A stretch of DNA of 64,000 bases from Eledone cirrhosa (GCA_964016885.1 OZ024740.1:32488001-32552000); one strand, 5' to 3'. Positions 36,692 through 49,750 are shown, numbered from the stretch's first letter. Numbers and translations: made by a program. Notes: a model not told the origin generated them from the sequence alone.

Positions 36692-39600
36692 TATAATAAT
36701 AATAATGAAAATATTGTATACAGTGCTCAGGTGCACTACAACTCATCAAAAAGTGTATGTATAGTACATAGGGTAATGTACAAACGTCAGGAAAATGAAC
36801 AGAGCATGAGTCATGATATACACATGTGTGCATGTGTATGGAAGGCATACATTAGGTGTAGTTTTGGCGAATTTCGGGAAGCATGAGGGTTTTAAAGGAT
36901 GCAGTGTCTCGGCAGCTAACAACTGACACAGGCAGTTTGTTCCATGCTTCAGCAACTCTAAGCGTGAAAAAATGTTTCTGAAAGTCATGGGAGCTGTGCT
37001 GCTTTCTGACTTTGTAGGCATGTCCACGTGTGTTAGACACATGGAGATCAGGGTTGTTGTTGGCGAGATGATTAATAACTTTGGGGTGTTTACCAAATCC
37101 ATTGCCAGACATCGGAGCTTCAATGAATCCATGCCCAGAGAAGCAAGGCGTTCAGAGTATGGTAGGTGTCTGATGGAGGGTATGCGCTTGGTTGCACGTC
37201 TCTGAATAGTTTCAGACTGATGATGCGAATTGCAAGTGTGGTCGTACCATAGCTGTATACAGCTTTAAATCGATGGCTGGAGAGCAGCTAACAAAGGTCT
37301 TGCTGAGTGATGCCAAGACACCCTCGGCCTTCTTGACAATCTTAGAGACATGCTTTGTCCAACGCAAATCTCTGCTGACAGTAATGCCCAGGTCACATTC
37401 ACAAGAGGACTTCTTGATATCAGTGTTGTGGAGGGAGTATGTGGACGCTGGATTTTTCCTCCCAAAATGCATGGGGGTACACTTGTCCACAGCCAGCTTC
37501 AGTTGCCAGTCTCTGATCCATTGCTGCATTGTGTCCAGGTCTGATTGTAGGAAAGAGTTATAGATTTCAGGATCAGTCCTTTTGATTTCAAGGTACAGCT
37601 TGATGTCATCTGCATATTTCAGTACTGTGGCATTCTTTAAGTTGGCATCTATGTCATTAATATATGCCACAAACAAAAGAGGACCAAGAACAGATCCCTA
37701 TGATACACCATATGACATCTCATATGGTGAAGAATGCTGTGCTAGAACCGTGACTACCTCTTTTTGGCAGAGAATGAAGGATTTCAACCAGTTAAAAAGA
37801 TCATCCTTCACACCCATTGCAGAGAGTTTCGCCATAAGTCTTTTGTGTGGCACAGAATTAAAAGCCTTAGCGAAGTCAAGGTAAACAACATCCACCCATG
37901 AGCCGCTGTCAGTGATCCGGGTAATGTCTTCAAGGAACTCGATAAGCTGATCACAGCAGCTGGAGTTAGGGATAAATCCAAATTGCAAGGGCCGGATGAG
38001 GCTGTGAGAGCTCCAGAAGTTCCAAAGTGTTTCTCTGACACAGGATTCCATCAGTTTGGCAATACAGCTAGTAAGACTGACTGGACGATAGTTGACAGGT
38101 GACGTGTGGTCGCCCTTTTTGAACAGGGGAATGACACTGGCAGTTTTCCACTGCTCCGGAGTAGCACCATTGTTGAGACAGTATTGAAAGAAGAAAGAAA
38201 GCTGGCGCAAAAGGAAATACCCGCCACGTTTGAGAAGCAGGTATGTAACACCATCAAGACCAGGGGAGGCATAGTTGCGCTTATTCTTAAGGTGACGTCG
38301 CAATATTGCAGGTGTAAATTCCATAGTTGTTCTGGAATTTGATGTTAGAGATGGTGGAGATGGTACATTCTGGTTTTCAACAGTAAAAATGCTTGCATAG
38401 CACTCAGCAATGAGTTCTGCGCATTTTTTGGGATCGTCAGTGATCTGGCTTGTATGGGGATTGCAAAGAGGACCAACTGGAGAATGAGATCTCTGCTTTG
38501 AATGAACATATTTCCAGAACACCTTACTGTCAGGATTGGTTGCTATGAACTGTTCAAATTCAAGCACTGCCTTTTTTGTCACTTGCTTGAGATGGTTGGA
38601 AGATTTATTCTGCTTTTTTCTGTTGGCATCTGATTTATGCAGTTTATATTCCCGTTCAGCGTTCCAACGTTCTTTCCTAGCAAGTTGGACCGCTGAAGTT
38701 TCCCAAATTGCACTTTTGGGGTGGTTTTTTTTCTGCTTATGTGGCACCGATGCTGCACACGCTATCCATATTGAGTCCAGGATGCTCTGGAGTATAGTGT
38801 TCACATCTCCAGAGTTATAGAACTCATGCCAGTTTGGCGCTGTAGTTCAGTGCAGTACAAGTTCCAATCTGCTTTCTTCCAATCAAAGCAAGCAGATTGG
38901 AGATGGCTCTGGTTTTTGTTGCTGCCCGCAAGAGCCAGATTGGCAATGATCATAGCATGATCAGAGTCGCCTAGAGGTTCCTCAGTAGTACAACTGATAA
39001 CCACTTCAGGAGTAGTGGTGAAGATCAGGTCCAAAGTGTTGTCACCTCTTGTTGGAGAGGTGACTACTTGTGACCAGTTTGAGTTCAGCACTAGCTCAAG
39101 GAAATCGTTTGCACTTCGTGGCCAACGAAAGATTTCCCAATCGATCTCAGGATGATTGAAGTCACCTGCAATAAACACATAAGTGGCTGTTTTCTTGGCA
39201 GCAACTCTGAGGATATCGCAAAGCTGTGTGTCCTGATGGTAGTTTGGGGGGGCGATAAACAACACCAAGCAGAAGTGTTGACTTGGTCATACGTATGTCA
39301 CAAAAAAAAAACTTCTTGTGATTCATTCAAATCAACGCAAGGAATTAACGAAAAGTTTGAACGAACGTAGACCATCACACCACCACAGCGATTAATGCGG
39401 TCCTTGCGGAACAGGTTGTACCCAGTAATGCTGAAAACCCCATCACAGAGTAAGGAATGTGCCCATGTTTCTGTGACTGTGATGAAGTCAGGGTCGATGC
39501 TTCTGACGTAGGAGTTAAACAGATGTATCTTGTTGCATAAATTGCGAGCATTTAAGGACAACAATTTGTACCCTGCTTGCAGTTTATGATGGTGTGTAAA

Positions 39601-39752
39601 GGATGGCAGGTTGTTCTGGTTTAGTTTCCCAGAGTTGTTGCAGTTTTTTCATTGCCAGTTATTGTGGGTAGAACACACTCAGACCAGCTGGTATCTCTCT
39701 TCCACGTTTCACCAGCCTTAACAAACCTCCAGATCTGCCCATCATCACGCAG
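36692..39752 (-). mobile_element. CR1/L2/Jockey-type LINE with near-complete decayed ORF2 (APE endonuclease + RT) and ORF1 C-terminus
   Basis: LNAR..TETW..GGV..GDFN..LDL..SDH endonuclease motifs; NYRPVSLT, QFGF, LDFAKAF, YADD; (ATT)n tail at about 36695. Confidence 0.93.
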
Positions 39753-40149
39753 TTACACACAAGCATACATGTATCTTGTGATGATTGTCTAAGTCAGTGA
39801 TTAGAGTTAAAGAATCTTGATGGTTACTTTGGAATGGCAACCAATAATTAGTAATAACAAGCTATATATGTAACTTGTTAGGATGTCATCTAAAGGGGCT
39901 TTAATAGAGCAGTTTTCAATTGTTTTCTTCAGTTCATAATTAATCAAGAGATATCTTGATGACATAGAATGGGAGCTGCAACTCTCATATCCTTCCAACT
40001 ATATTAATAAACAAGTGGAATGAAATGGGCAAAACATTAATTCAAAATCTGACTGTGGACTTAACTCACCAGCAGTCGAATTGAGCTCTTTTTGTTGAAC
40101 TGCTACATTATAGGACATAAACACAGACACAGACAATATCCCCCCCCCC

Positions 40150-40325
40150 CACCCCCACCCACCCACCCACACACATATGACAGGCTTCTGCAATTTCTGC
40201 CTACTAAATTTCACTGACAAGGCATTGGTCAACTTGAGGTAACAGTAGAAGATACTTGCCCTAGGTGCCGCACAGTAAGACTGAATGTGAAACTATGTGG
40301 TTGTGAAATAACCTTATTAACCATG
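40150..40325 (-). mobile_element. degraded CORE-type SINE
   Basis: minus strand GCACCTAGGGCAAGTATCTTCTACTG...GAAGCCTGTC followed by GT-rich tail. Confidence 0.6.
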
Positions 40326-41254
40326 TAAATTTGTGAGCTATAAAATCTGTTGCTCAATTCCTTTGCTTGATAGATTGGAGCCCTAACAGTTAATTATCTT
40401 TGCCAAGAATGAATAAGTAATTTTACTTTAATTAACTCTCATCCTTACACCACTAGATAGCAGTAACTTGAGATAAGAACAACCAGCTGAAAGAACTGTA
40501 TGCTATAGAGCAGATAACTTCTTTAGGTGAACAGTAATTCTGAGTAAGAATTGATACTAAAATCATTAAAGAGGTGGTCATATGTGAAGAGGAGTAAAGA
40601 GTCCCTTTTACTCTGTATTCATTCTAGTTTGTAGAATAAAAGAGAAGGGAAATGTGATTGGTCCAGTGGATGAGTAGATTATAGCTAAGAGAGAGGAAGA
40701 CAAACAATGAATTGCAGAGGATGATGGGAATAGAACCAGTGAAGAATGATGTGAAGAGAAATGGAATAAGATGGTTTGATCATGTGTTGAGGAAGGATGA
40801 ATATGACTAGTTCAGAGGAATACAGCCAGTAATGAATGTTGTGAAGAGAAATGGAATGTGTTGAGGAAAGGTGAGAGGAGTTGATGGAAATGAATGTGGA
40901 AGAAAGTAAATCCTCCTCCTCACCAAGCAAGCTTGGTGGGGTTGCCAGTTTAGTTACCACAACCCATACATACATACCAAGGTAGACCCTCTACATGGTC
41001 ACTGAACCTGTTAGAAATGGCAGTCAAATCACACTTTATTGTTTGAAAGAGACAGAATAATGTAATCATAAATACACCATTAAAATGATAGGGTGGTCAT
41101 GGCTGTAATGCCTCTGATCAAAGACACACTAATCATGCATGCAAAGTGGATTAGTGGTTTATTAAGAGGTGGAATCTTGTTTAACTTAAAACTAAACTTA
41201 TGCGTTTCATTATCAATGTATTTATCAACGAATATGTCTTCAAGCAAAGTCTTT

Positions 41255-42226
41255 CAAGCTGTACCTTGAGATAAAAAGGACAGATCCTGAACACTATAGA
41301 TCTTGCTTGCAGTCTGACCTGGACACAATGCAACAGTGGATCTCAGACTGGCAACTCAAGCTAGCTGTGGACAAGTGCACCACCATGCATTTTGGGAGTA
41401 AAAACCCAGCATCCACATACTCCTTCCACAGCACTAATATCAAGAAGTCTTCCTGTGAACGTGACCTGGGCATTACGGTCAGCAGCGATTTGCGTTGGAC
41501 GAGGCATGTCTCTAAAATTGTCAAGAGGGCCGAGGGTGTCTTAGCATCACTCAGCAAGACCTTTGTCAGCCGCTCTCCAGATATCTATTTAAGGCTGTAT
41601 ACAGCTATGGTGCGACCACACTTAGAATTTGCATCACCAGTCTGGAACCCCTATCTTGCTCAGGACATTGACCGCCTGGAAACTGTTCAGAGACGTGCAA
41701 CCAAGCGAATACCCTCCATCAGGCATCTACCATACTCTGAGCGCCTTGCTTCCCTGGGCATGGATTCATTGAAGCTCCGACGCCTGGCAACTGACTTGGT
41801 AAACACCCACAAAATTGTTAACCATGTTGCCAACAACAACCCTGAGTACCTTTTCGATTTCCATGTGTCTAACACACGTGGACATGCCCACAAAGTCAGA
41901 AAACAGTACAGTTCCCACGACTTTTGGAAACATTTTTTCACGCTCAGAGTTGCTGAAGCATAGAACAAACTACCTGCATCAGTTGTTAGCTGTCGAGACA
42001 CTGCATCCTTTAAGGCCTCCATGGAACAAACTACCTGCATCAGTTGTTAGCTGTCGAGACACTGCATCCTTTAAGGCCTCCATGCTTCCCGAGATCCGCC
42101 AACAGAACAGCTAACACATACACAAATGTACTTCCCTGACATTTGTGTATTATTCTATGTACTATATTGACGAGTTGTAGTGCACCTGAGCACTTTACAC
42201 AATAATTTCATTATTATTATTATTAT
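41255..42226 (+). mobile_element. CR1/L2-type LINE, 5'-truncated
   Basis: C-terminal RT region, 61-bp internal tandem duplication, (ATT)n tail. Confidence 0.9.
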
Positions 42227-42723
42227 TTTAACAAAGTGTTTGATCTTTTCATAGAACCATTTATATGTATCTTATATACATGTGTATGTTTGTTTGTAAT
42301 ATAATACATTCACACACACACACACACAATCCTATATGTGTGTGTATTACACACACACACAGACATACATTAATACTAAAAACAAAATAAAAGGTGTTGA
42401 GAGGACCCTTCAATCATGTCACGATACAGCAACCTCCCTAGCGTTGGTTATCTACATGATAAATGCACCCAGTACATGCTGTAAAAAAGTTGGTGATAGG
42501 AAGGGCATCCAGCAGTAGAAAGCTTGCCAAACAAGAGTTGGGAAGACCCTTCAGTCTTGTCAAGGACATGACAACCTCTCCCGTGCACTCAGTAAAACGT
42601 GAGCATACATAAGTGTGATGCAGACCTCCAGCCTGTCTGGGAAGTCAGTAGCTCTGCTCTAGGACTGACTTGGTCTATGTAGAGACCTGTCCAACCCTTG
42701 CTAGCAGGGAAAGCAGATATTAA

Positions 42724-42944
42724 CCTTTTAGTATTTAAATTGGCCATATCCGACCAGAATCCTCTCACCTTTTTATGTTCAAACCGACCATAACTTGCTG
42801 CTCATACTTATGTTAAAGTATTGTTTTCAAAATAAATAATATCAAAATCTCATAGATTCGATATTATATGAGATAATTATGTGAAATAAATAGTTTACAG
42901 TGAAAATACAATAGTATATATAGAGTAATGTAAATGCTAAAGGG
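42724..42944. mobile_element. full-length piggyBac-derived MITE with TTAA TSD
   Basis: ttaa-CCTTTTAGTATTT...AAATGCTAAAGGG-ttaa, inserted into an RTE-type SINE tail. Confidence 0.85.
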
Positions 42945-43004
42945 TTAAACGATAATGATGATGATGATATTAAGCATATAAAAAGTGAAAGAATTGACAC
43001 TTAC

Positions 43005-43096
43005 TTTCCTCCTGTGGCTAATAACAGATTGGTGTAAGTTATTTGTGTTCCATCTTTAAATATTGCTATTTTCTTTACACTGTCAATATTTATCAG
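43005..43096 (-). CDS. AIFM3: AIFM3-like exon
   Basis: LINIDSVKKIAIFKDGTQITYTNLLLATGG; tag/gtaagt. Confidence 0.9.
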
Positions 43097-43666
43097 CTAG
43101 ATAATAAAACAAGCAACAACTATTTATCTCACATGCTATAACATGTACAGAAAACTGTTATATAGTGAAATAAAAAAGTATATATGAATAAATATTTCTT
43201 AACTGATAGTCTTATTGTATTAGTAATGGATTATAGAATTGGTGGAACTAGTATCATGTGTTTAAACTGAAGCAGCTAATCAACAGAATGTTTAAAAGTC
43301 ATATATAAGTCAACCCCCCCCCCCCCCCCCCCCCCCCCCCATTTTACCATCAATTTTTTTTACATATACTCCTCTGCTTACAGTCAAGTATATACAGTAT
43401 ATCTAATTATTTCTCTTCAAGGTCGATTTTAATTTTAATTTTCTTCCAAGGGTTGATAAAATAATAAAACACCATTTCAGTTCTGAGGTTGTCTAAATTG
43501 ACAGCATTTCACCAGCTAAACATAACTTAACAAAGGTTCTTACATAAAATTACGATGGAAAGTTTTTAGATAAATATAAACTTTTTAGAATAAACAGGTT
43601 TATATTGTAGAACCAGGGTTGATTTCGGGCAGTTTGGTATCAAAAGGGTTAATAAAGTTTACATAC

Positions 43667-43753
43667 CTCTTTCTCACCCAGAAATTCAATACCATGGTCA
43701 ATAAGAAATTCCTTGCTTCGCAGAGCTATGGAGTCAGCTGATGAACTCATTGC
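43667..43753 (-). CDS. AIFM3: AIFM3-like exon
   Basis: AMSSSADSIALRSKEFLIDHGIEFLGEKE; cag/gtatgt. Confidence 0.88.
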
Positions 43754-44773
43754 CTGTTGCAAAAGAACAAAGGATTTAGATTTGTGTGCATATATGTGTG
43801 TGAGTATTTGTATGTGTGTGTGTGAATGTATATGCGTGTGAGTTTATATGTATATATGTAGCGGATGTGTATTTTTGGTAGAAAGAATTGGTTTGTTTGT
43901 GTGAAAATAAATTTTGGAACTGTTTGTGGTAATGTGTGTGTATGTGTGTAAACTAAAGCAAATTACATGCAAGAGACAATGAAACAATAAAAGTGGAGAA
44001 AAAAAATTATATAACAGTTTTTTTAAAGAATTAAAGTTCAATATAGTTCTTGTTTGCACAAGTGCTTCACTTTAAATGAGTATGTTTTTGCTGCTACAGA
44101 TGTTGTTCTTATTGCTATATAACTTGTTGCTGCAGTTATTGTTGCCACCGATGTTGTTGTTACTGTTGCTATGGTTATATCATTGATCAATTGATATCAA
44201 TAGCTCATGGATGTAACAATTTTGTGTTTGGGACATAATGCTGTATTTTGATGAAGATTGATTTCATCAAAGGTTGAGTCTATATACTTTCTGTGTTGTT
44301 CTTTTGTTTGTTTGTAAAAGTTGAATATTTGTTGAGATTATCAGAAATTTCTGTGTTCATCAAACTGTTCTGATAATGGAAATAAGGGTTATAGTGTGTG
44401 GTGTTTCGTAGAAAGTTTTTTTTTTTTTTAAAGAAATTCTGTTTCCTTTTTCAAAAGTTAGTTTTCGTTTTTGAAAGTTGTTCTTTTTTTGTTGTGGTCA
44501 ATCAGACTACATGTTAGTAAGTCTGGGATCACCAACTGTTGCAAGGTGAATGATATTGCTGACATTATTTTCATTATGTGAAAACTGTATGCAGCATCAG
44601 CAAATGTATCTGAAGGCTGTGTGAAAAGTCAGGGTCCAAGTGAAGTTACCAGTGTAGCAAATGTGTATTTTTGGTTGTGTAGCGATAAAAAGAATTGGTT
44701 TGAGTTTGTTGTACATTTGAGCATGGCAGGTTTTGTAGTAGTAATTTTTGTGTTTTTGGCTTGGTGGGTGATT

Positions 44774-45552
44774 ATCATCATCATCATCATTTTACGTCCG
44801 CTTTTCCCTGCTTGCAAGGGTGGGACGGGTCCTATTCAGCACAGCATCTCTCCATTTGTCACAGTCCTTCGTCATCTCCACTGAGAGCTTTAGCAATCTG
44901 AGGTCTGCTCTCACCACCTCCGCCCATGTTTTTCATGGTCTTCCGCTACTACATCTTCCTTCAACTGGCATTTCTTGGCACTTCTTCATCCATCATGCGC
45001 ATCACATGTCCATACCATCGCAGTCTCCTCTGCCGCACACAATTTATCCCTCTCAACATATCCAACGGAGCAGGTTTGCCTCATTTCTCGCCAGCCGCCG
45101 CATATCCTCTGCAGTTGCTGCCCATGTCTCACTACCATGCAACATCGCGCTCCTCACACAGACATCATATAACCGGCCTTTCGTACGCAGGGAGAAACCC
45201 TTCTTCGTCAGCCAGCAGCTACCTAAACTTCTTCCAACCCCTCGAAACACCCCCCCTCCCCTCCCATGCTAATCTGATCTCCTAGGTACCGGAAGCTATC
45301 CACCACTTCTATAGAACCCACCTGCATTTGAAAAATGTGTCTATCAATGCGACTTCTACTGTCTAATTTCCCTGTACATCTACTGCATACGTATTTCTCC
45401 CTACCTGTTAGTTTGCCTGCTATCCCCTTACATCTCTTGTGTACCCAAGATCTGCACTGTGTACATTTTATAGAATTTATGCCAGTTCCTTTTCTGCATA
45501 TCGAACATGGCCATTTCCCTGATGGAATCAGAGTTTTGTCCTCTTTTCTACT
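44774..45552 (-). mobile_element. RTE-clade LINE 3' fragment (same subfamily as 8578-10113)
   Basis: near-identical sequence, (GAT)n tail. Confidence 0.88.
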
Positions 45553-46266
45553 ATGTATAAAGTAAAATTGTCCCATGATAAAGTGCTGTGTGAAATGTTG
45601 TTGAATGAACAAATAAAATATGATCACTATTTAAAGAATTATTATTAAGATATAACTTACATCGAGCCTATTGTTGATAAAACAAGAAAACAAAAAAGAA
45701 CTGAGTGAATTGTGTATTATGTTTGTGTGGTGATTTGTGTGAACACAGTAGTAGTCTGACAAGATGCATTGAACTAACCTTTATCCAAGTACCAACCCTG
45801 TCGATAGAGCTTGAGTGTTTTTTCTTCTAAGCGTTACATCTCTCTACTGCCTTAACAACTTTTAAGAACAGAGAGCAGAATGGCTTCAAGAAAATCTTAT
45901 CTCATTTAACCCCAAGTTGGCCAGTTTCTCCAGACTACAGGCGCCAACCCGGGATAAAGATAAATAGCATCCCCATGCTGTTTAGGGGTCAGTATGCATG
46001 TCTGTATGTATTATGTGAATGTGAGTAAGTGTGTGTGTATGTTTGTTATAAGTAAACAGGATTACAAGCCAATACCCAAAGAATTTGTGTATTGAACTGC
46101 ACAGCCAGCAATGATCATCAAAAGGCTTATTCTTGTTCAATAGAATAGACAGTTCCTTTGGTGGTGTATATGTGGATCTTTACAGAAATGGCAGGCTTGT
46201 AATTTTGAATAGTATAAGTGGGCATACAATTGCTATCCTTACAAAACAAATCCTTAGTTTTATCTT

Positions 46267-48166
46267 CTAAAAAGGCAGTGCTTCAATTTGAGCAGCGCAT
46301 AGCAACCAGCCCTGAGAGTAAGGTGTTCTGGAAGTATGTTCACTCAAAGCAAAAGCCTCACTCTCCAGTTGGTCCTCTTCACAATCCCCACACAAGCCAG
46401 GTTACTGACGACCCCAAGGAATGCGCAGAGCTCATTGCTGAATGCTATGCAGGCATTTTCACTATTGAAGACCTGAGTGTACCGTCTCTACCACCTACGA
46501 CACCGGATTCTATTACAACCATGGAATTTACACTTGCAATGTTGCGACGTCACCTAAAAAATAAACGCAACCATACCTCTCCTGGTCTTGATGGTGTTAC
46601 ATACCTGCTTCTTAAACGTGGTGGGTACTTCCTTCTGCACCAGCTATCACGCTTCTTCCAATTCTGTCTGAAGAATGGTGCTATTCCAGAACAGTGGAAA
46701 ACTGCGAGTGTCATTCGCCTGTTCAAAAAGGGTGACCGCACATCACCTGTGAACTATCGTCCAGTCAGTCTTACTAGTTGCATTGCCAAACTAATGGAAT
46801 CCTGTGTCAGAGAAACACTTTGGAACTCTCAGTCTTATCCGGCCCTTGCAATTTGGATTTATACCCAACTCCAGCTGCTGTGATCAACTTATCGAGTTTC
46901 TTGAGGACATCACCCGGATCACTGATGGCGGCTCATGGGTGGATGTTGTTTACCTTGACTTTGCGAAAGCTTTCAATTCTGTGCCACACAAAAGACTTAT
47001 GGCAAAACTCTCTGCAATGGGTGTGAAGGATGATCTTTTTAACTAGTTGAAGTCCTTCATTCTCAGTCAAAGAGAGGTAGTCACGGTTCTGGGACAGCAT
47101 TCCTCACCATATGAGATGTCATCTGGTGTACCACAGGGATTTGTTCTTGGCCCCCTTTTGTTTGTGGCATATATTAATGACATAGATGCCAACTTAAAGA
47201 ATGCCACAGTACTAAAGTACGCAGATGACATAAAATATGCAGATGACAAGCTGTTCCTTGAGATAAAAAGAACAGATCCTGAACACTATAGATCTTGCTT
47301 GCAGTCTGACCTGGACACAATGCAACAATGGATCTCAGACTGGCAACTCAAGCTAGCTGTGGACAAGTGCACCACCATGCATTTTGGGAGTAAAAACCCA
47401 GCGTCCACATACTCCCTCCACAGCACTAATATCAAGAAGTCTTCTTGTGAACGTGACCTGGGCATTACGGTCAGCAGTAATTTGCGTTGGACGAAGCACG
47501 TCTCTAAAATTGTCAAGAGGGCCGAGGGTGTCTTAGCATCACTCAGCAAGACCTTTGTCACCTGCTCTCCAGCTATCTATTTAAGGCTGTACATGGCTAT
47601 GGTGCGGCCACACTTAGAATTTGCATCACCAGTCTGGAACCCCTATCTTGCTCAGAACATTGACCGCCTGGAAACTGTTCAGAGACGTGCAACCAAGCAA
47701 ATACCCTCCATCAGGAATCTACCATACTCTGAACGCCTTGCTTCCCTAGGCATGGATACATTGAAGCTCCGACATCTGCCAATAACAACGCTGAGTACCT
47801 TTTTGATTTCCATGTGTCTAACACACGTGGGCATGGCTACAAAGTCAGAAAACAGCACAACTCCCATGACTTTCGGAAACATTTTTTCACGCTCAGAGTT
47901 GCTGAGGCATGGAACAAACTACCTACATCAGTTGTTAGCTGTCGTGACACTGCATCCTTCAAAACCTCCATGCTTCCTGAGATTCGCCAACACTACACCT
48001 AATGTTCCCCCTCCACACACATACACACATGTATATTATGACTTATACACTATTCACTTCCCTGACATTTGTATATTATTCTATGTACTATACATGCACC
48101 TTTGACGAGTTGTAGTGCACCTGAGCACTTTACACAATAATTTCATTATTATTATTATTATTATTA
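46267..48166 (+). mobile_element. CR1/L2-type LINE, 5'-truncated (RT domain)
   Basis: SPGLDG, NYRPVSLT, LDFAKAF, GVPQG, YADD; (ATT)n tail. Confidence 0.92.
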
Positions 48167-48820
48167 CTAGCAGCGGTACCTGGCTTCACCTGGGAGAACA
48201 GTTAAGAGAAGACACATAAAAGAGAAAATGACTATATTGGATGTGTTGTCTGGTTTACCGTATGAGGTGAGACATTAATGTGTGAGAGAGAGAGAGATAA
48301 AAAACAATAATAAAACTTTCTTATTAGGCTGGGGGAGTAAACTGTCGATTAAATGGTAGCATTGATCTTGGATTTTAAAAGTGAAATAACCATAGTCAAT
48401 ATGATCTTTTCAGCTCCAAAGGACGTCATCTGAAACACAGCAATATACTGCATAACATTGCTTCTGAAGTGTTGCTTTGTTAGTACGGACTGTAAGTAGT
48501 ATATGGATAAAAGCTGAAGGGTAGATTAATTTCAAATAGTATCAATTTTTCTTTGCTCTGTAAAATCAAAGACTGTAAAATGATTTTATAAAAGCTAACG
48601 CAATATTGTTGAGCCTTCAACTAATATACTTTGATTTATAGTTTAAGCCGATTCTAGACTTTCGTGGGACGTCACTCTCTCTCTCTATGAATATCTAACA
48701 CTTTAATTGTATCTCTCTCGGTATAACAGCCTATCTCTCTCTCTTTAGATGTGTGTGTAAAATTTTTGTGTGATTCAACCAACCAACCAACATCTCTTTT
48801 ATATTATATATATATATATA
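48167..48820 (-). mobile_element. non-autonomous Helitron
   Basis: minus-strand 3' end CCCAGGTGAAGCCAGGTACCGCTGCTAG|T similar to 12850-12877; 5' end dissolves into (TA)n. Confidence 0.65.
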
Positions 48821-49291
48821 TATCCCTGGTCAACACAAACATACTCCAAATATCTTTGATCTCTTTTTCATCTTTAAGCCAGGCCTCTAGCAAACTATTG
48901 CCATCACCACCACCACCATTACCACTATAGCTATTTGTTCATCCAACCACTGTTTTGTCTGAACTCCCCCACTACACATTCATATAGTCTGTAATGTCCC
49001 CTACTCCCACTTCTTGACCCCTATATCACTTCATACCACTTGACTGGTTGGAAGAGTTCCAAAAGTTCTATTCTTACCATTTCTGGCAGCACATCATACA
49101 ATGTTTCATCTGAGACAGCTAATTAGGTGACCGAATTCAATTTAGACACAACCAAAACTCATAACTTCAATTCTTCCAAGTGATTCATTCATTCCTAGCT
49201 GTATTGCAGTAGTTCAGACAACCAACATGGCTTACAGCCTCTTCATTATCCTCATCATTTTATATCCATTTTCCTTGCTTGTGTAGATATG

Positions 49292-49750
49292 ATAATAATA
49301 ATGAAATTATTGTGCACAGTGCTCAGGGGCACTACAACTCATCAAAGGTGCATGTATAGTACATAGAATAATATACAAATGTCAGGGAAGTGAATAGTGT
49401 ATGACTCATGATATACATGTGTGCCTGTATATGGAGGGGAGATAATGGGTGTAGTGTTGGCGAATCTCAGGAAGCATGGAGGTTTTAAAGGATGCAGTGT
49501 CTCGACAGCTAACAACTGATGCAGGTAGTTTGTTCCATGGAGGTTTTAAAGGATGCAGTGTCTCGACAGCTAACAACTGATGCAGGTAGTTTGTTCCATG
49601 CTTCAGCACTCTGAGCGTGAAAAAATGTTTTTGAAAGTCATGGGAGTTGTACTGTTTTCTGACTTTGTGGGCATGCCCACGTGTGTTAGACACATGGAAA
49701 TCAAAAAGGTACTCAGGGTTGTTGTTGGCAAGATCGTTAATAATTTTGTG
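49292..49750 (-). mobile_element. CR1/L2-type LINE 3' fragment
   Basis: reverse complement of the same 3' region, 61-bp duplication. Confidence 0.88.

Noticed and set aside
45870-45945. Tc1-like WPxSPD fragment
   Set aside because: Too short and frameshifted, with no TIRs found.
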